NCBI RefSeq assembly: GCF_006345805.1
Contig: NC_043011.1
Span: 20,782,464 to 20,846,463, forward strand
Direction: 5' to 3'
DNA: 64,000 nt
Source: Octopus sinensis
Taxonomy: Eukaryota
Of this stretch, positions 50,103 through 63,424 are shown in pieces (position 1 is the stretch's first letter; every line of letters begins with the position of its first letter). The notes under the pieces are model-generated. The model was not told the DNA's origin and did no database searches. It saw only the letters and a program-made list of their open reading frames with translations. The position numbers and the translations under genes are program-made.

Positions 50103-52518
50103 AGTGATGTGGTCTTTACTAAAAGAGTTTTCGCCACAATAAGAAAGTATCCCTCCTACCTCATAACTGTTTTAACAATTTCTTTTTCCACATTTTTTTT
50201 TTCATTTCTTCAACATTATTTCGAACCAGCGAAGGAGACAACGTCGGTCGCATTTATTTATTATGGTAATCCTTAGGCGGCGAGCTGGTACAATCAATTA
50301 GCACGCCGGGCGAAATGCTTAACGGTTCAAATTCCGCCGAGGTCGACTTTGCCTTTCATCCTTTCGGGGTCGATAAATTAAGTACCAGTGAAACACTGAG
50401 GTTGATGTAATCGACTAGTCCCCTCCCCCATATTTAGGGCCTTGTGCCTACAGTAGAAAGGATTATTCTGGTTATCCAAGTTGGGACTCGTTGATACACC
50501 CGTAAAAATATTACAATATCATTAGATATTCGGTTTTGGATTTGGTTTGCAAGATTCTTTATATGAGTTCGTGTGTTGAAGCATATTCTGTTGTGTCTGG
50601 GGAGAGTCATTTTCTTTTTGTGCCTTATTATTTAACACACTCACCGGTAAAATTGTTTCTCTTATTTATATTTTCCTAAAATATTCGTTGCGTCTTGCGA
50701 CCTTTTCAATAGTCAAGACTATTGAAAAAGGTTGCAAGACACAATTCTCGTGTAAAAAAATCACAACTTTATTTCTCACATTCCCTCCCGAGACAACTTA
50801 CTGTTGCATACTACCACTTATAGAATTGTTTTCTGTTAGTCCCTTTTTTTCTTCTCCTTCTTTGTAAGTGACGGACCTTCTAGTTGCTGTCTTAACTGAT
50901 AGATACCGAGAAAAGGGATTCGTGTCTGTCGGACTATTGGTAGGATGTGAGAAAGTTTCTCGGTCCGAAAACCTAGCTCAAAAGCTTGCAACAGAGTGGA
51001 CTCTGTTAAAGACACTCAAGGGCTGGGAGGTGGTGTTAAATTGGACAATGAATTGAGTCAAGTTCTACCAACAAGAGCACTCCGATGGGCTTCACTGTAG
51101 TTTTAGTCACTCACAAATAACTAAAGTTCACTCGTAAGACTTAGGAGTAATTCAAGGCAGTTTTAGAAGAGACTTGCCCCAGGTTGTATGCAATAGAATC
51201 GAACTCGAAACTACGTAGTTGCGAATCGAACTTATTAACCAACCACATTTTATTAACTACACAACCATATCTGATCGAATAGTGGTGCAATATCTCTCAA
51301 ACTTCATTCTGCTGTCGCAAAACTGAACATGTAATGTAGTCCCTGAGCAAAAGAAGGTTGGTTACCGCTGGTACGTCTTTGATTGTACGTGTATTTGATT
51401 AGGGCTGATCTAATGTTAAAAATCAACACCGGCTATTTAAGTTGTACTCTCCTTCTCATTTCTTGATACTGAATTATTTTCTCTAGACATAATACTGACT
51501 GGGGAGGTGGTTGTTACTTAGCCCCAGGTCAAATATTTCTGAGCAAACCTATGATCAAGGCACTTCTACCGAAACCGTCCTGTCTTTTTGTTCAGGTATT
51601 TCATTCTCCCACAATAATAACCACTATATATTTCCTTTTGTTAAGGATGTAGGGTATACCTTGAGGGAATTTGACTGTTACTTCTCGCAGCTTGATCGAG
51701 ACTCCTTCATTTTTTATGTTATTGCTATTTAATCATAAGTCAATTCTGATCGAGCAGACTCCTGATCAGCATATCACTCGCGTCTGTCCCAAATTTCTTT
51801 CAGACACTCCCATTTTTTTAGCTTTTGAGAAAGTAAAGTGAAGCATCGAGGAGATTTAGCTTCTATTTCTAGCTGGTTGAACGACCGCGTATAAGGTTCC
51901 CTGTTTAAGTTATAATTTAATTTGGGTGGCAGGGAGTGTTGGTGGTGGAGGAAGAGAAGAGTTAATTGAATCTAGAATTAACATATTACTTCTACGTTGT
52001 CTTTGAAATCAGGAAAAATCGAAGTTTTTAGGTGTACCTAATATGCCCGTGCGTTTTTTATGCTATCAAATGCTGTAGTTCTGTACATGAGCGGGATCTT
52101 CTACTTTGGCTATTTGACTTTCTAGTAACAGCACCCAAACTTCCTTAAAACCACAGACGTTCATTGAAAGAAAAACAAATGGAGGGCAACTTTGGATTAA
52201 TGTAGTTCCATGTACTCTTTGTCAGACGAAAAGACTACAGTGTCATGGTTGAAATGCTTTGGTTCATAGGATCACCGCTAGAGATGACAGGGTAAAACAA
52301 TACAGCTCTGATCTTTCTAATTCTCAAGTCAACACCAAAATACGCATTTTGGTCTTGTCAGCAACCATTCTGAAATGGAGTACACGTACGCACGCTTTCT
52401 TCAGAGCAGTCTTGGCTGCATTATGGGTCCCGGGACAAATCTGCGCCGGGTCCTATAGTATATATTTTTGATAGCAAGCCACAGCATATATAGATCAGAA
52501 TTAAGACAGCATTGACTC

Positions 52519-52649
52519 GCTAGCGTAGTTGGTGGGAAGGTAAGGGCGGTCCGCTCCGGGCGGCACTTTTGGGTCTGCTGTAGGCAGTATGTGTCCGGGG
52601 GAGGCCAGCGGAAGGGCAGCTCCGGGCGGCACACTGTAGCTACACTAGT
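52519..52649. mobile_element. 131-bp GC-rich insertion with a 10-bp TSD
   Basis: GCATTGACTC at 52509-52518 and 52650-52659; short TIR gctagcgtag / ctacactagt. Confidence 0.6.
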
Positions 52650-53030
52650 GCATTGACTCATACATACATACATGCATACATATATACAAACATGTATGTG
52701 TTCAATCGCGCGCGTACACAAGTATTTTTCTTGCGCTTTCTAACGGGATAGTATTTTCTGTTGCGTGTAACACCGTCAACGTTATTTTTATTAGGATATC
52801 AATGGATTTGGATCCGAGTAAATGTTTTGCAACATAAATCGTTTGATGTCTTACTATTTTGAACGTTTCATCAAGCTTAGAATTATAGCTCGACGTACAC
52901 GGAGTAGCTAAGACATGATGATAAAATTAGTGCCAGTAAAATTCTAGATAATTTTATTCAAAAATATTAAATTGTTACTGTTACTACATTCGAATGACAA
53001 AAAAAAAAAAAAAAAAAAGCACCAGGTAGT

Positions 53031-53420
53031 GAGTGGTTGTGTGGTAAGTAGCTTGCTAACCAACCACATGGTTCCGGGTTCAGTCCCACTGCGTGGCATC
53101 TTGGGCAAGTGTCTTCTGCTATAGCCACGGGCCGACCAAAGCCTTGTGAGTGGATTTGGTAGACAGAAACTGAAAGAAGCCTGTCGTATATAAACATATA
53201 TGTATGTGTGTGTTTGTATATGTTTGTGTGTCCCTCTAGCATTGCTTGACAACCGGTGCTGGTGTGTTTACGTCCCCGTAACTTAGCGGTTCGGCAAAAG
53301 AGACCGATAGAATAAGTACTGGGTTTACAAAGAATAAGTCCCGGGGTCGATTTGCTCGACCAAAGGCGGTGCTCCAGCATGGCCGCAGTCAAATGACTGA
53401 AACAAGTAAAAGAGTAAAGA
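53031..53420 (+). mobile_element. SINE1
   Basis: Family match. Confidence 0.83.
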
Positions 53421-55143
53421 GTATGTAGTATTTAATTGCATACCTACATCCACGTTTCTTATAAAACCAGTTGAATGCTGGGGTTTGATATAATCGACCA
53501 AACCCATCACATACTTTTGCTGTGTAAAAAAGAAAAATATCAATATTTACTTGTTAGTAAATTGGATAATCTATCGTGTTCATCGCTAGAGTTTTCTATT
53601 ATAATTTCATTCACATTTATGGCGCATTATAAGAATATCTATTGATCCGGTATCTAACTAGCATTTGAGTTTAACGACCCGGAATGAGTCATCCTGTCGC
53701 GGTCCTTAAGATAAAAGTACTTCTTAGGTATTGGGTCGACTGAAATTCCTGTAATTCATCTTAAATGTGAATTACATTGTAACAAAAGTACTAAGCAAAG
53801 TTGACCTCAGCACGACTGAAATTCAGAATGTAACTATCGTGTGATGTTTTGTCTTGTACTCGTAACTATTCTTCCAGTTCATGTGTTCCAGTTAGCTTAC
53901 TTCTACTACAAATAATCATTTGTTACTCGCCAGATCAGCCATGACAAAGTAGTTTCATGCGGAAAAGCATTTAGCACTGACGATCTCGTCTTTATGTAAT
54001 TTAAGGAAATTTTACCCCACTTTTTTTTTCTTAGCTTCTAAAGTAACCAAGTAAGGGCTCCTTGTTGGTTCACTTGTAATAGTAATACAGATATGCGTTA
54101 TGGAATTCAGTGTCAGCCTCAGCCTCAAATATCTGTGTTCGAATATTGCCGAGGAAAAATTGGAGGATTGGTAAAATACCAGTTGTTGTTGTTGTTTGCC
54201 CCAGGTCTGTTATGTTCGAAAAGATCATTGACTTCAGACATTCCAATCTTAACCATCGCGTCTTTATTCAGACACAGTGAATCTAAAAGTACATTGGCCA
54301 AATATGTTCTTTCTAAAAGCGCTGTAGGGCGTGGTTTTGAGGAAGATTTGGTTGCTATTTCGAGTAAGTCGAACAAAGACGCAGAGGCTTCCGCATACGT
54401 TCATATGTACCCGTTGTATATATAACCCCATGCTATCTTTGATCGAAAACACCCGTATGCCATGCAGGCAGTCGGCCGAAAGACGAGAATCGTCTCAGTG
54501 ATCTATCTGCCTGAAGATTATATTGCACACGCCATTATGATGAATCATTCCTGAGTACAGTCTGGACATATTACACACAGTCCAGTCTAGTTCTGTGTTT
54601 CAGTAGATCCTGGGGTTGGCTACAGCGGCGTCGAAGTGGACTCGGTCAAAGCGTGACAGTTGGTGTGCATCCCATCACTATTTGGGGCTAGTGAAGTTAT
54701 TGACGTTGTAGGTATTTCTATGTAATATGTTCTGTATGCTTTTCTGGGTTGAGTGAGAACGATTGTATCTTTAGGATATCAGGAAATATTCTAGAGCATT
54801 GTTCTGGGTGTCTGTGCAGGCGTTTCCCCTTGTAATTAACTTGAACTGTGGTGTTTGAAACTTGCTGCCTAAACTGCGCCGTTTGCATATCCAGAATGTC
54901 TTACATTATTAGTTATTTTTTGTTTCGTTGTGCAAGTGGTTTGAGTACCTAATTAAGGTGCACCGTACACTGTTTTGTGATTATTTATTTTGGTTTGTTG
55001 TGAAGCGAGTAGCAGAGTCCGCGATAGCTCTAATATTCTTTGTACACCATTGTCATTTCTTGCTGTTGGCCATATGCTTGCGCATCATTTTGCTTACTTG
55101 ACTGTTAATGTTGTGCAGGAAACTATACGTAACTCTTGATGTT

Positions 55144-55314
55144 GGCGTAACTTCGGTATAGGTACCCGAATTACCGGATACATTTCAAGAAAGTGTTTTC
55201 TTTTATATATATGGGGGATTAGGGTTAGGGGTGGGAGAAAATGGTTTCTGTTATCTTCAGAAATGTAAACAAAGCCACTTCTGGTACTTACGGTACCTAT
55301 ACCGAAGGATCGCC
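55144..55314. mobile_element. Short MITE sharing the CCCTAA core but with different TIRs
   Basis: Approximately 35-bp TIR ggcg..cttcggtataggtacc; internal segment matches the 400-bp MITE core in reverse. No TSD seen. Confidence 0.65.
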
Positions 55315-55329
55315 CAATGGATTTGATAA

Positions 55330-56370
55330 GAGTTACATTAAGACTGCTGTTGCGAAGTTATGTTTCTGAATGATTTAAACAGGTTTCGGGTAGTTGTGTG
55401 GCAGTGTTTTGAGAATGGTGGGAGGATGTGAGTTTGATGTTATCTGCGTGTACGGTTGCCAGTATGTTTTGTAGAGATGTGGGAAGGTCGTGTAAATATG
55501 GGTCGAATATAGGCGGCGAGCTGGCAGAAACGTTAGCACGCCGGGCGAAATGCGTAGCCGTATTTCGTCTGCCGTTACGTTCTGGGTTCAAATTCCGCCG
55601 AGGTCGACTTTGCCTTTCATCCTTTCGGGGTCAATTAAATAGGTACCAGTTACGCACTGGGGTCGATGTAATCGACTTAATCCGTGTGTATGTCCTTGTT
55701 TGTCCTCTCTGTGTTTAGCCCCTTGTGGCTAGTATAGAAATTGTAAATATGGGTCGAAGAGCAACTGAGAGAACGGATCCTCACAGCATTCCAATCGGTT
55801 TTAAAGTTTTGGAAGTGTTTTCTTGCAAACTCCATAGGCTTGGCAGTCTGAGGTGGTAGTTTACTTGCCAATGTTTTATGTTATTTCTTAAGGAAGAGTT
55901 AAACTTTTATGTACGAGTGAAATACCTGGTAAAAGGGTAAAATAAACCTGCTTATGAAGTTAGAATGATGCTGACTTTATTGTTGCTTAATTCATTATGT
56001 ATTTTCTGTGTAATTTTGTGAGCAGTTTTGTGATTGAGTGTTGTGGTCGAAGCTCGTGTTGTGATTTAGTGAGGGTGATGTGGGCTGTCAAATTTTTGGA
56101 ATTTTGAAAGTGTACGTATGTGTACATGCTGAGTGTGTATGATGCTACTTCGCTTGGGTTTTTATTTGGTTTTAGAATTGTTATGATTTCGCCTCACTTC
56201 TAAGTTCTTTGAATTTGATAATATTGGTATGAGATGTTGACGAGCACAACGATGCCTTCAGGCCCTAGGAGTCTTATATGTATATATACTTGTGATTTGG
56301 TGTGGCACTGAGGCTTGTGAATTTTTATATTTCTCGCTTGCTTTTTAGGTGTTTGATGGAAGGAGGGGAT
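55330..56370 (-). mobile_element. Jockey/I-like LINE reverse transcriptase relic, interrupted by SINE2
   Basis: ITILKPNKNPSEVASY and GSVLS..LHDLPTSLQNILATVHADNI (YADD-like) motifs. Confidence 0.75.
55508..55741 (+). mobile_element. SINE2 (ggcggcgagctggcagaa head, gtcgactttgcctttcatcctttcggggtc core) with a 17-bp TSD
   Basis: TSD TGTAAATATGGGTCGAA at 55491-55507 and 55742-55758. Confidence 0.9.
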
Positions 56371-56901
56371 TAAAATAGTGGTCCGAGTCAAAGATGCATA
56401 TTTGTGTCTGTGTGTGTGTGAAAGAGAGAGAGAGAGAGAGAGAGAGAGATTTCTTTATTTGGCACTCAGGCCATTAACATAGAGGGGGACACTACAAGGA
56501 CAGACATAAAACAGATGAGAATGAATATTATACAATAATGAACAATGAAATGGCTGCATGGGCACCACTCCTCATGCAGTACCTATTTCTTTATTACCTA
56601 CAAAGGGCTAAACATAGAGGGGACAAACAAGGGCAGACATAAGTATTAAGTCGATTGCATCGACCCCAGTGCGTAACTGGTACTTAATTTATCGACCCCG
56701 AAAGGATGAAAGGCAAAGTCGACCTCGGCGGAATTTGAACTCAGAACGTAACGGCAGACGAAATACCGCTTAGCATTTCGCCCGGCGTGCTAACGTTTCT
56801 GCCAGCTCGCCGTACCATTGGAATGTTTTTACAGACTGTTATTACAGTCTTGTTATTTTATCTGTTGTTTTTTTCCATTAATTATCATTTTGGTAAAAAT
56901 A

Positions 56902-56979
<78 letters not shown>

Positions 56980-57615
56980 CCCTCCTCTTTTTTTTTAACA
57001 CTTCATATACGACTCCAGTTCTACCAGATCAATTACTGGTGGCAGTTCATTGAACTCCACCATCGCTCCGCCCGGGTCAATTCTATCCCCGCACTTGTCT
57101 TTAAGTTTTTCGTAGGCTACCTTATCGACCACAAAGCCCTTCAGACAGACGGACTGTTGGTAAAACTGATTCAAGAAATGTCTGATATTAGTGCCGCATT
57201 GTGAGTGTATTATTTGATGATGCGATATGACCGGTGTTGATGTTAATTACTCTACGTAGTTTAGCAGTTTGTGATGGATACAGATGTTTGCTAGTTTTGT
57301 TATTTATTTATCTATTCATTTATTTTGCTGTTTTCTTGTTTGTTTTATTCAGAAACTTTATTTCGACTGTTTGGTTACGGTGTTTGAAGTTGTCTCTTGG
57401 TTTTTATGCTATTGGTTGTTATTTCTGGTAATGTAATATCAAGACAACTAAAAACCCCTTCGTATCCCCCAAAACCCACATCAGCATATTTTACTCGACA
57501 AGCCAACTCTTTCCCCTTGACAACGCCTTCCGCACCATGCCCCTAGCTATTGACAACCATTTGGCAAGCAATTGCCAAACTTCCCTCGCATCACCAAACA
57601 GTTATCACAAAAGAC

Positions 57616-58017
57616 GGGTCTTTTCGGTTTGAACGGCAGTTTTTTAAAATAATTTCCACGTAACTAAACACTTTTAAACTTCGTATACTGGTAGAATGTG
57701 TTTATAAAACATCTTTTTCTCTTGGCTTTATTGAGAAAATTCTATAGTTTGTAAGATATTTCTTGTTTTTTTTTCTTCAACCAATCATTGACGTCTATTG
57801 AGGTGAAAACATTCTGTGCCGTATGAATATGTCCCTCGTTTAAGAAACAGAATGGGTTTATTTACATTTCTGAAGAAAAAAAGTTCCCCTTTCCCCCACC
57901 CCTAACCCTAACCCTAAAACAGATTGAAATGCAATAGATCGATACTAGGTTCATAATTATGGGTGACAATTTCATATGACACCGCTAGAAAAACTGCCAT
58001 TCAAACCGAAAAGATCC
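57616..58017. mobile_element. GG-terminated MITE, same family
   Basis: Same TIR; perfect 8-bp TSD CAAAAGAC (57608-57615 and 58018-58025). Confidence 0.88.
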
Positions 58018-58439
58018 CAAAAGACTCATACATCAATGAAGAGTTGTATTTTTTATGTTACTTTGTAGTGTATGCTTTTATTTAATAAATACATAGTTAT
58101 TTTGTTGAGCGTGTGTACTGCAATGTCTCTGTGTTGGTAATGCGGTATTGTTGAATTTTGAAAAATTTCTATTTTGTTCCTTAGAGGAACTCATTTTAAA
58201 GTTTTGAAAAATGTTTGTTTCCTTCATTGATGACGAGTTTTTCGTGATAATTGCAAGGAAAGTTAGGCAATTTTAATTTTAGAAAATGTTTTAGAGCATT
58301 TTTATTTTATAAGATTTTGCTTGCAAATTTTAAAATTAACATGAACATTTACTTACACGAAAGAAAATTACCGGGGAACTTTCATCTAATTCTTCCAAAT
58401 ATTTCTGTTAAAACTATCATAGCAAATGGTCGCATACCG

Positions 58440-58900
58440 CAAGGTTTAACAGAACCTACTGAAGCAAGCCAGCATGCTCATAACATTACCACGGGCGATG
58501 GAGAGGCTAAGGCTTTGAGAAAGCCAAGCACCCTCACCGGCATCACCTGTTACTTCGGTGAGGTGAGCTGCCAAAGTTGACAAGAACTTAACGGTTAGTG
58601 GCCCAGTCCCTCCGAACCTCTCAAACACCACAGGTTGGAAGAGATAGTTCACTTTTAGGTCCCGGTACGTCAGGGTTTTCTTCCGTTCAACTACGCAATC
58701 AGTGACCCTCATCCAGGATGTGACAAGGAGCAAAGGAGTTTTAGACTTTGGTATCCCACATGAGGCAACTACTTTTAACCCAGGGACAGAGGGTAAGACC
58801 ATCTGGTCTCTTTCTATCACTTCTGGATAACCCCAACGGCTCCAGAACCGAGGGGATGTTAATGATTAGGTTTAGCTCGGTGTGACGAGCATTTAGGCAG
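58440..58900 (-). mobile_element. CRE/NeSL-like LINE restriction-like endonuclease C-terminus
   Basis: YRDLKVNYLFQPVVFERFGGTGP...TGDAGEGAWLSQSLSLSIARGN. Confidence 0.7.
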
Positions 58901-59594
58901 CAAGACAGACCATAAAGACTTTTGGGGTCGAGGGACGTAGGGGAAGAATTGGCGTGTCGAGTTAAAATATGCTGTGGTTTTTTGGGGGAAACAAAAAGGG
59001 GTTTTAGTTACGTTGATATTACATTATCTCTCTTGTTACCTGTATTATTCGAAAATCAAAAGGTGCTGTATGCATTGATGTCTTTTGAATGATGGTGTTT
59101 GTAAATGTGTTTAAGTACTGCCCATCGAGCTGGAATGGGCTATGCATGTGGCCTTCGTTGGTCAATGATCATCAGTGAAATCAGCAGGGTTAACATTCCT
59201 CTGGAACATTTGCAAGTTGATGGCCGCAGAAAAGCATGTGGTGTAATAGAATTTCAGAGGGGTAGAGTCCTTGAAGGGAAGGACAGAGCGTAGTCGGTAA
59301 CAAAAAGAGTCGAGTAAAACAATTCTTGTTTCATTTAATACCTTCTCTAGATTAAAATCATGGAGATTATCCATTAAATATAGGAATGAGTTCAGTGGGG
59401 TTTCTTTTTTCTTTTGTAAAAATTGTATAAAGGTTCCATGACAAAATAAGTTGTGTAACTACTGTTGTAGAAGGAAGTAAATTAAATTATTACCTAGTAT
59501 ATAGTGACTGTGCCCAATTAACTGTATCCTTACTAAAATTTGTGACCCTGTACCAGTGTAAGAAAAGAATAAATTGCAGTTTTGAAATTACTCT

Positions 59595-59627
<33 letters not shown>

Positions 59628-59683
59628 TTTGTGAAATATGTATGACTATCATTACTCATAATGTTTTATGATTTCAATTCCAG

Positions 59684-60828
59684 ATACAAAAGGAATATCT
59701 TTGGAAAATTTGAATAGACTTGCTAACCCTGATGTAGAACGGTCTCAGGAACTTTCTCGTTTAAAGTCAAATTCTGATGATAAGTTATACAATAGAAAAT
59801 GCCTTTTGCTTAAATATAATAAGGAAACCGAATCCACTATGCCTGTATCAAAAACTGAGAGAAAAAATGTCAAATTCTTTGAGCAGCTCCGGATTAGCAG
59901 ACCAGAAGGTAAAGCATATGACAACACACTCTTTCAGTATGATGAAGATTATTCAAATTTGAAAAATGCTGTAGGGCTTTGGAGGTTTGGAAAGAAAGGA
60001 CGTGAACTTGGGCACCTTGGAGATGTAACTGATGTTAAGTATGTTGGTAACAATGTCTTACTTTTGACTGATATGTTCAATAACCGACTTCAGACCTTAG
60101 ACACAAATGGTAAGCTATTGAATACTTGTGACTTGGAGAACATTTATCCAGTTTGTGCAACTTTGACTAAAGAGCGACAAGTGGTGCTAACTAGTCATGT
60201 CCAGAAATGCATTATGCTTCTTTCGAAAGAAGGTACACTTATGAATATGTATAGGCAGGGTTCTTTCACATCGCCCTTCGGTATTTCTGAAGATCCTTTC
60301 AGTGGATACTTTGCTGTCACTGACCAACAGGGTAATTCTCTGACACTTCTAGATAAACAATTCAACATCGTTCTTGAAATAAACCCTACCAATGATAAGA
60401 GCAATTGTTCTTTCCGTTGTCCAAGGCATGTAATATTTTCTCCAACTGGATTAATCTTTGTTGCTGATTCTGGTAATCATTCTCTGAAAGCATTTGACAA
60501 AAATGGAATTCTTGTCACAAACATCGGTACTTATGGACGTGATGCTGGATATCTTCGTTCCCCATATGGTATTTGCATTGACCATTCTGGGAATGTCTTA
60601 ATTGCTGATCATTATAATGATCGTGTCGCTTGTTTTGATCAGCGAGGCCAGTGGATTAGAGAGGCTCTTAGCAGTTGTCATAGATTACGACATCCGCAAG
60701 GCTTAGCCTTAACCTCAGACAACAAATTGTGCGTATCACATGGTGAACGCAAAGCCACCGAAATTGCTTTCTTTGATATTACTAAAGCAAATGAAATTGA
60801 ACAGACTTTCCAATCTGAACGATTATAA
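59684..60828 (+). CDS. NHL-repeat (beta-propeller) protein, TRIM2/3/71-like C-terminal domain; probable terminal coding exon
   Basis: Uninterrupted 386-codon ORF (59668-60828) with repeated NHL motifs (SPFGIS..GYFAVTD, CPRHVIFSPTGLIFVADSGNH, SPYGICIDHSGNVLIADHYNDRV, HPQGLALTSDNKLCVS). A splice acceptor tttcaattccag ends at 59683 (phase 1), so the ORF-track ATG is probably intronic. AATAAA near 60925. Confidence 0.88.
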
Positions 60829-61538
60829 ATATGGAGTCACCATAAAAATTCTAATGAATTCTTCCAGATTTCATTTTCAAATTTCCTTTCCAGTAAGTCC
60901 TTTTGCTTTCACATGTTCAAATATAATAAAACTACAATGCAAATTTATATTTTCATTTATGCAAACCTTTATCTTATATAATCATATGTAAATTTACCTA
61001 TTTATGCTACTACATACATGCCTAATTCTCATCAACAATTTCAAATGAAGATAAAAGGTTTTGCAACATTGTCTTTGGTGACTTTTAATTAATTAAAAAA
61101 AGATAAGAATTGTTTATTGTTTGTTTTTGATGAGTTTTGCCTACATTTTAACTTAATCCGTTGCTATTTGATATTAGCTCTGTTTGAAGAGGTCAATGTA
61201 CCCTTCCATCACTAAAATCAGTTGTTACCATTACCCATTGATGAATACTTCAATGTTGTTGTTCAGTTGCCATCAATATATTTAGCCACTGGCAACATGC
61301 TAGAAATAGCAGCTAAATATCTCAAATTACTCATTACCCTTACAAAATGGAGGACACATTGAATGATGGCGTTTTGGGCATGGGTCCAGTAACGGTGGGT
61401 GCAGGGAGTGCTAGTGCACCACCTAAAATATTTTGGGGGTGCAAAATCAAAATTTGGATCCCTACATATTTTTGTCAGGTTTAGAAAACAGTATATAAAA
61501 AGTGATCTGTAAAAAGCAGCTAGAAGTTAAGTTTCTTT

Positions 61539-61949
61539 GGATGTTTTCAGTTTGAATGGCAGTTTTTGACATAATTTCTAGGTAACTAAAAAATTTAAAA
61601 CTTCGTATACTGGTAGAATGTGTTTATAAAACATCTTTTTCTCTTGGTTTTATAGAGAAAATTCTATAGTTTGTAAGATATTTGTTGTTTTTTTTCTTCA
61701 ATTTCTGCAATTTCAACCAATCAGTGATGTCTATTGAGTTAAAAAACATTCTGTGCCGTATGAATATGTCCCTCGTTTAAGAAACAGATTGGGTTTATTT
61801 ACATTTGTGAAGAAAAAAAAGATACCCTTCCCCCACCCCTAACCCTAAAACAGATTGAAATGCAATAGATCGATACTAGGGTCATAATTATGGGTGACAA
61901 TTTCATATGACACCACTAGAAAAAACTACCGTTCAAACCGAAAAGATCC
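61539..61949. mobile_element. GG-terminated MITE, same family
   Basis: Same TIR and body; TSD gtttcttt/atttcttc. Confidence 0.82.
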
Positions 61950-63424
61950 ATTTCTTCTCAATGAACAATGAACAAAAATATAAAAAAATGTCCTTGTCTG
62001 TAAAATATTTTGGACCTGGGTTTGCACCCCCAAGCAAATTTTGTCCCTTAGCCAGTGGTCTTGGGTATACAAAAGTGAGGAGATGGTCATGCCTGGAATA
62101 TTTTCAATCACAGATCTATTTATTTGATCTCAGCAGACTCAGGGTTAAACATCATATATCTTTATGGTTGTCTTCTTTTAGATCAAAAATGTTTCAGCTA
62201 TGACCACCCCTTATTTGTATCCAGATACAGGGTTTTCAGGGTTACTTAGCACAATGTGCCTCACCAATTTTAAACACAATGGAACCTGGTGTGGTCCCCA
62301 GCTTTACCAGCTCCAGTCAAACCATCCAACCCATGCCAGTTTGGAAAATGGGCGTTAAATGATGAAGATGATCATAATGATAATAACGATAGCTGGGTGT
62401 GATTTGAGGTAGATTTGACTGCTATTTCTATTGACTTCATATGATCATTATTTTAGCCTTAAATCAATACTGATCTAGCAGACCTTTTATTAGAGTTAAT
62501 TCCAGGTGAGACTACCAGTTTTATTTTTTTATTTTTTTGTTAAGAAGTGTCTCTGTATTATCCAACATGTCCTTTTAGGATGCAATTTGAAGGCTTGGCT
62601 GCTACTTTTAGCAAGTGGAGCAACTATGTAGAGGCAGCTTCATTGGCTCTATGGATTTTGACTTTGGCAGGACTGTAAACTTAGACATTTATATCTAAGA
62701 TTTCCAAGCAGATTCACTGAAATAAATGTACTTTGTTTCAGAATGCAATGATACTGACAACAGACCTTTAAATTTTATTTGACACATCTATTGTTATTGC
62801 TATTGTTAGCTTGTTCATGCTGACATAAATTTATATTCAGAAAATTCCATATATTAAAGATATAGAAGGGTCATGGGTTAACATGTCAGTGGCACTGTAC
62901 TGTATTCTGACATTAGAACACTGACTGAAGATATGTTAATAAGAGGCGTTGTTAAGTGTAACACTATGACATTAGCCTGATTAATATTCAGTTTCTAAAA
63001 TGTTACAGATTAGAAGACGGAGAACATATGGCCTAGAAAGATGTTTCAGAGAGAAGTAGGCCTGTTCAACATTCAGTATATTTCTCCTTGTTCAGTTTAC
63101 CCCATCAGTAACCATCCTTTGCTCTTCCCATACACTCTTGCAACCTCTATCAATCCATCTTTCTTATTCTTCTGTCCCCTGGGCCCACCATGACACCTCA
63201 TCACCATCATTTTGTATATGAGAGGCTAGGTATCTCCTCTACAGTAAGAAACTTGTTCTATCCATTTGTTTTATGCTTTAGTCTTTCATCACTTAGCACA
63301 GTGTTTCTCAACTGTTTTTTTTTTACCTGTGGACCCCTTTTGATCCCTATTTTATTTGGATAGACCCTCTTAGACATTTGATGTTTAAAAATCCTATTAT
63401 ATTTTTATGATTAAATATTATTAC

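Larger units (their letters stand above)
57427..59028. mobile_element. 1.6-kb element bounded by approximately 95-bp imperfect TIRs
   Basis: 57427-57520 and 58940-59028 are reverse complements (ggtaatgtaatatcaa...ctcgaca..ccaa..cttcccc). Confidence 0.65.

Noticed and set aside
54093-54425. 110-aa ORF
   Set aside because: Overlaps the unclassified dispersed repeat; no domain features.
57895-57918. Telomere or interstitial telomeric array
   Set aside because: Only 2-3 CCCTAA units and internal to the MITE.
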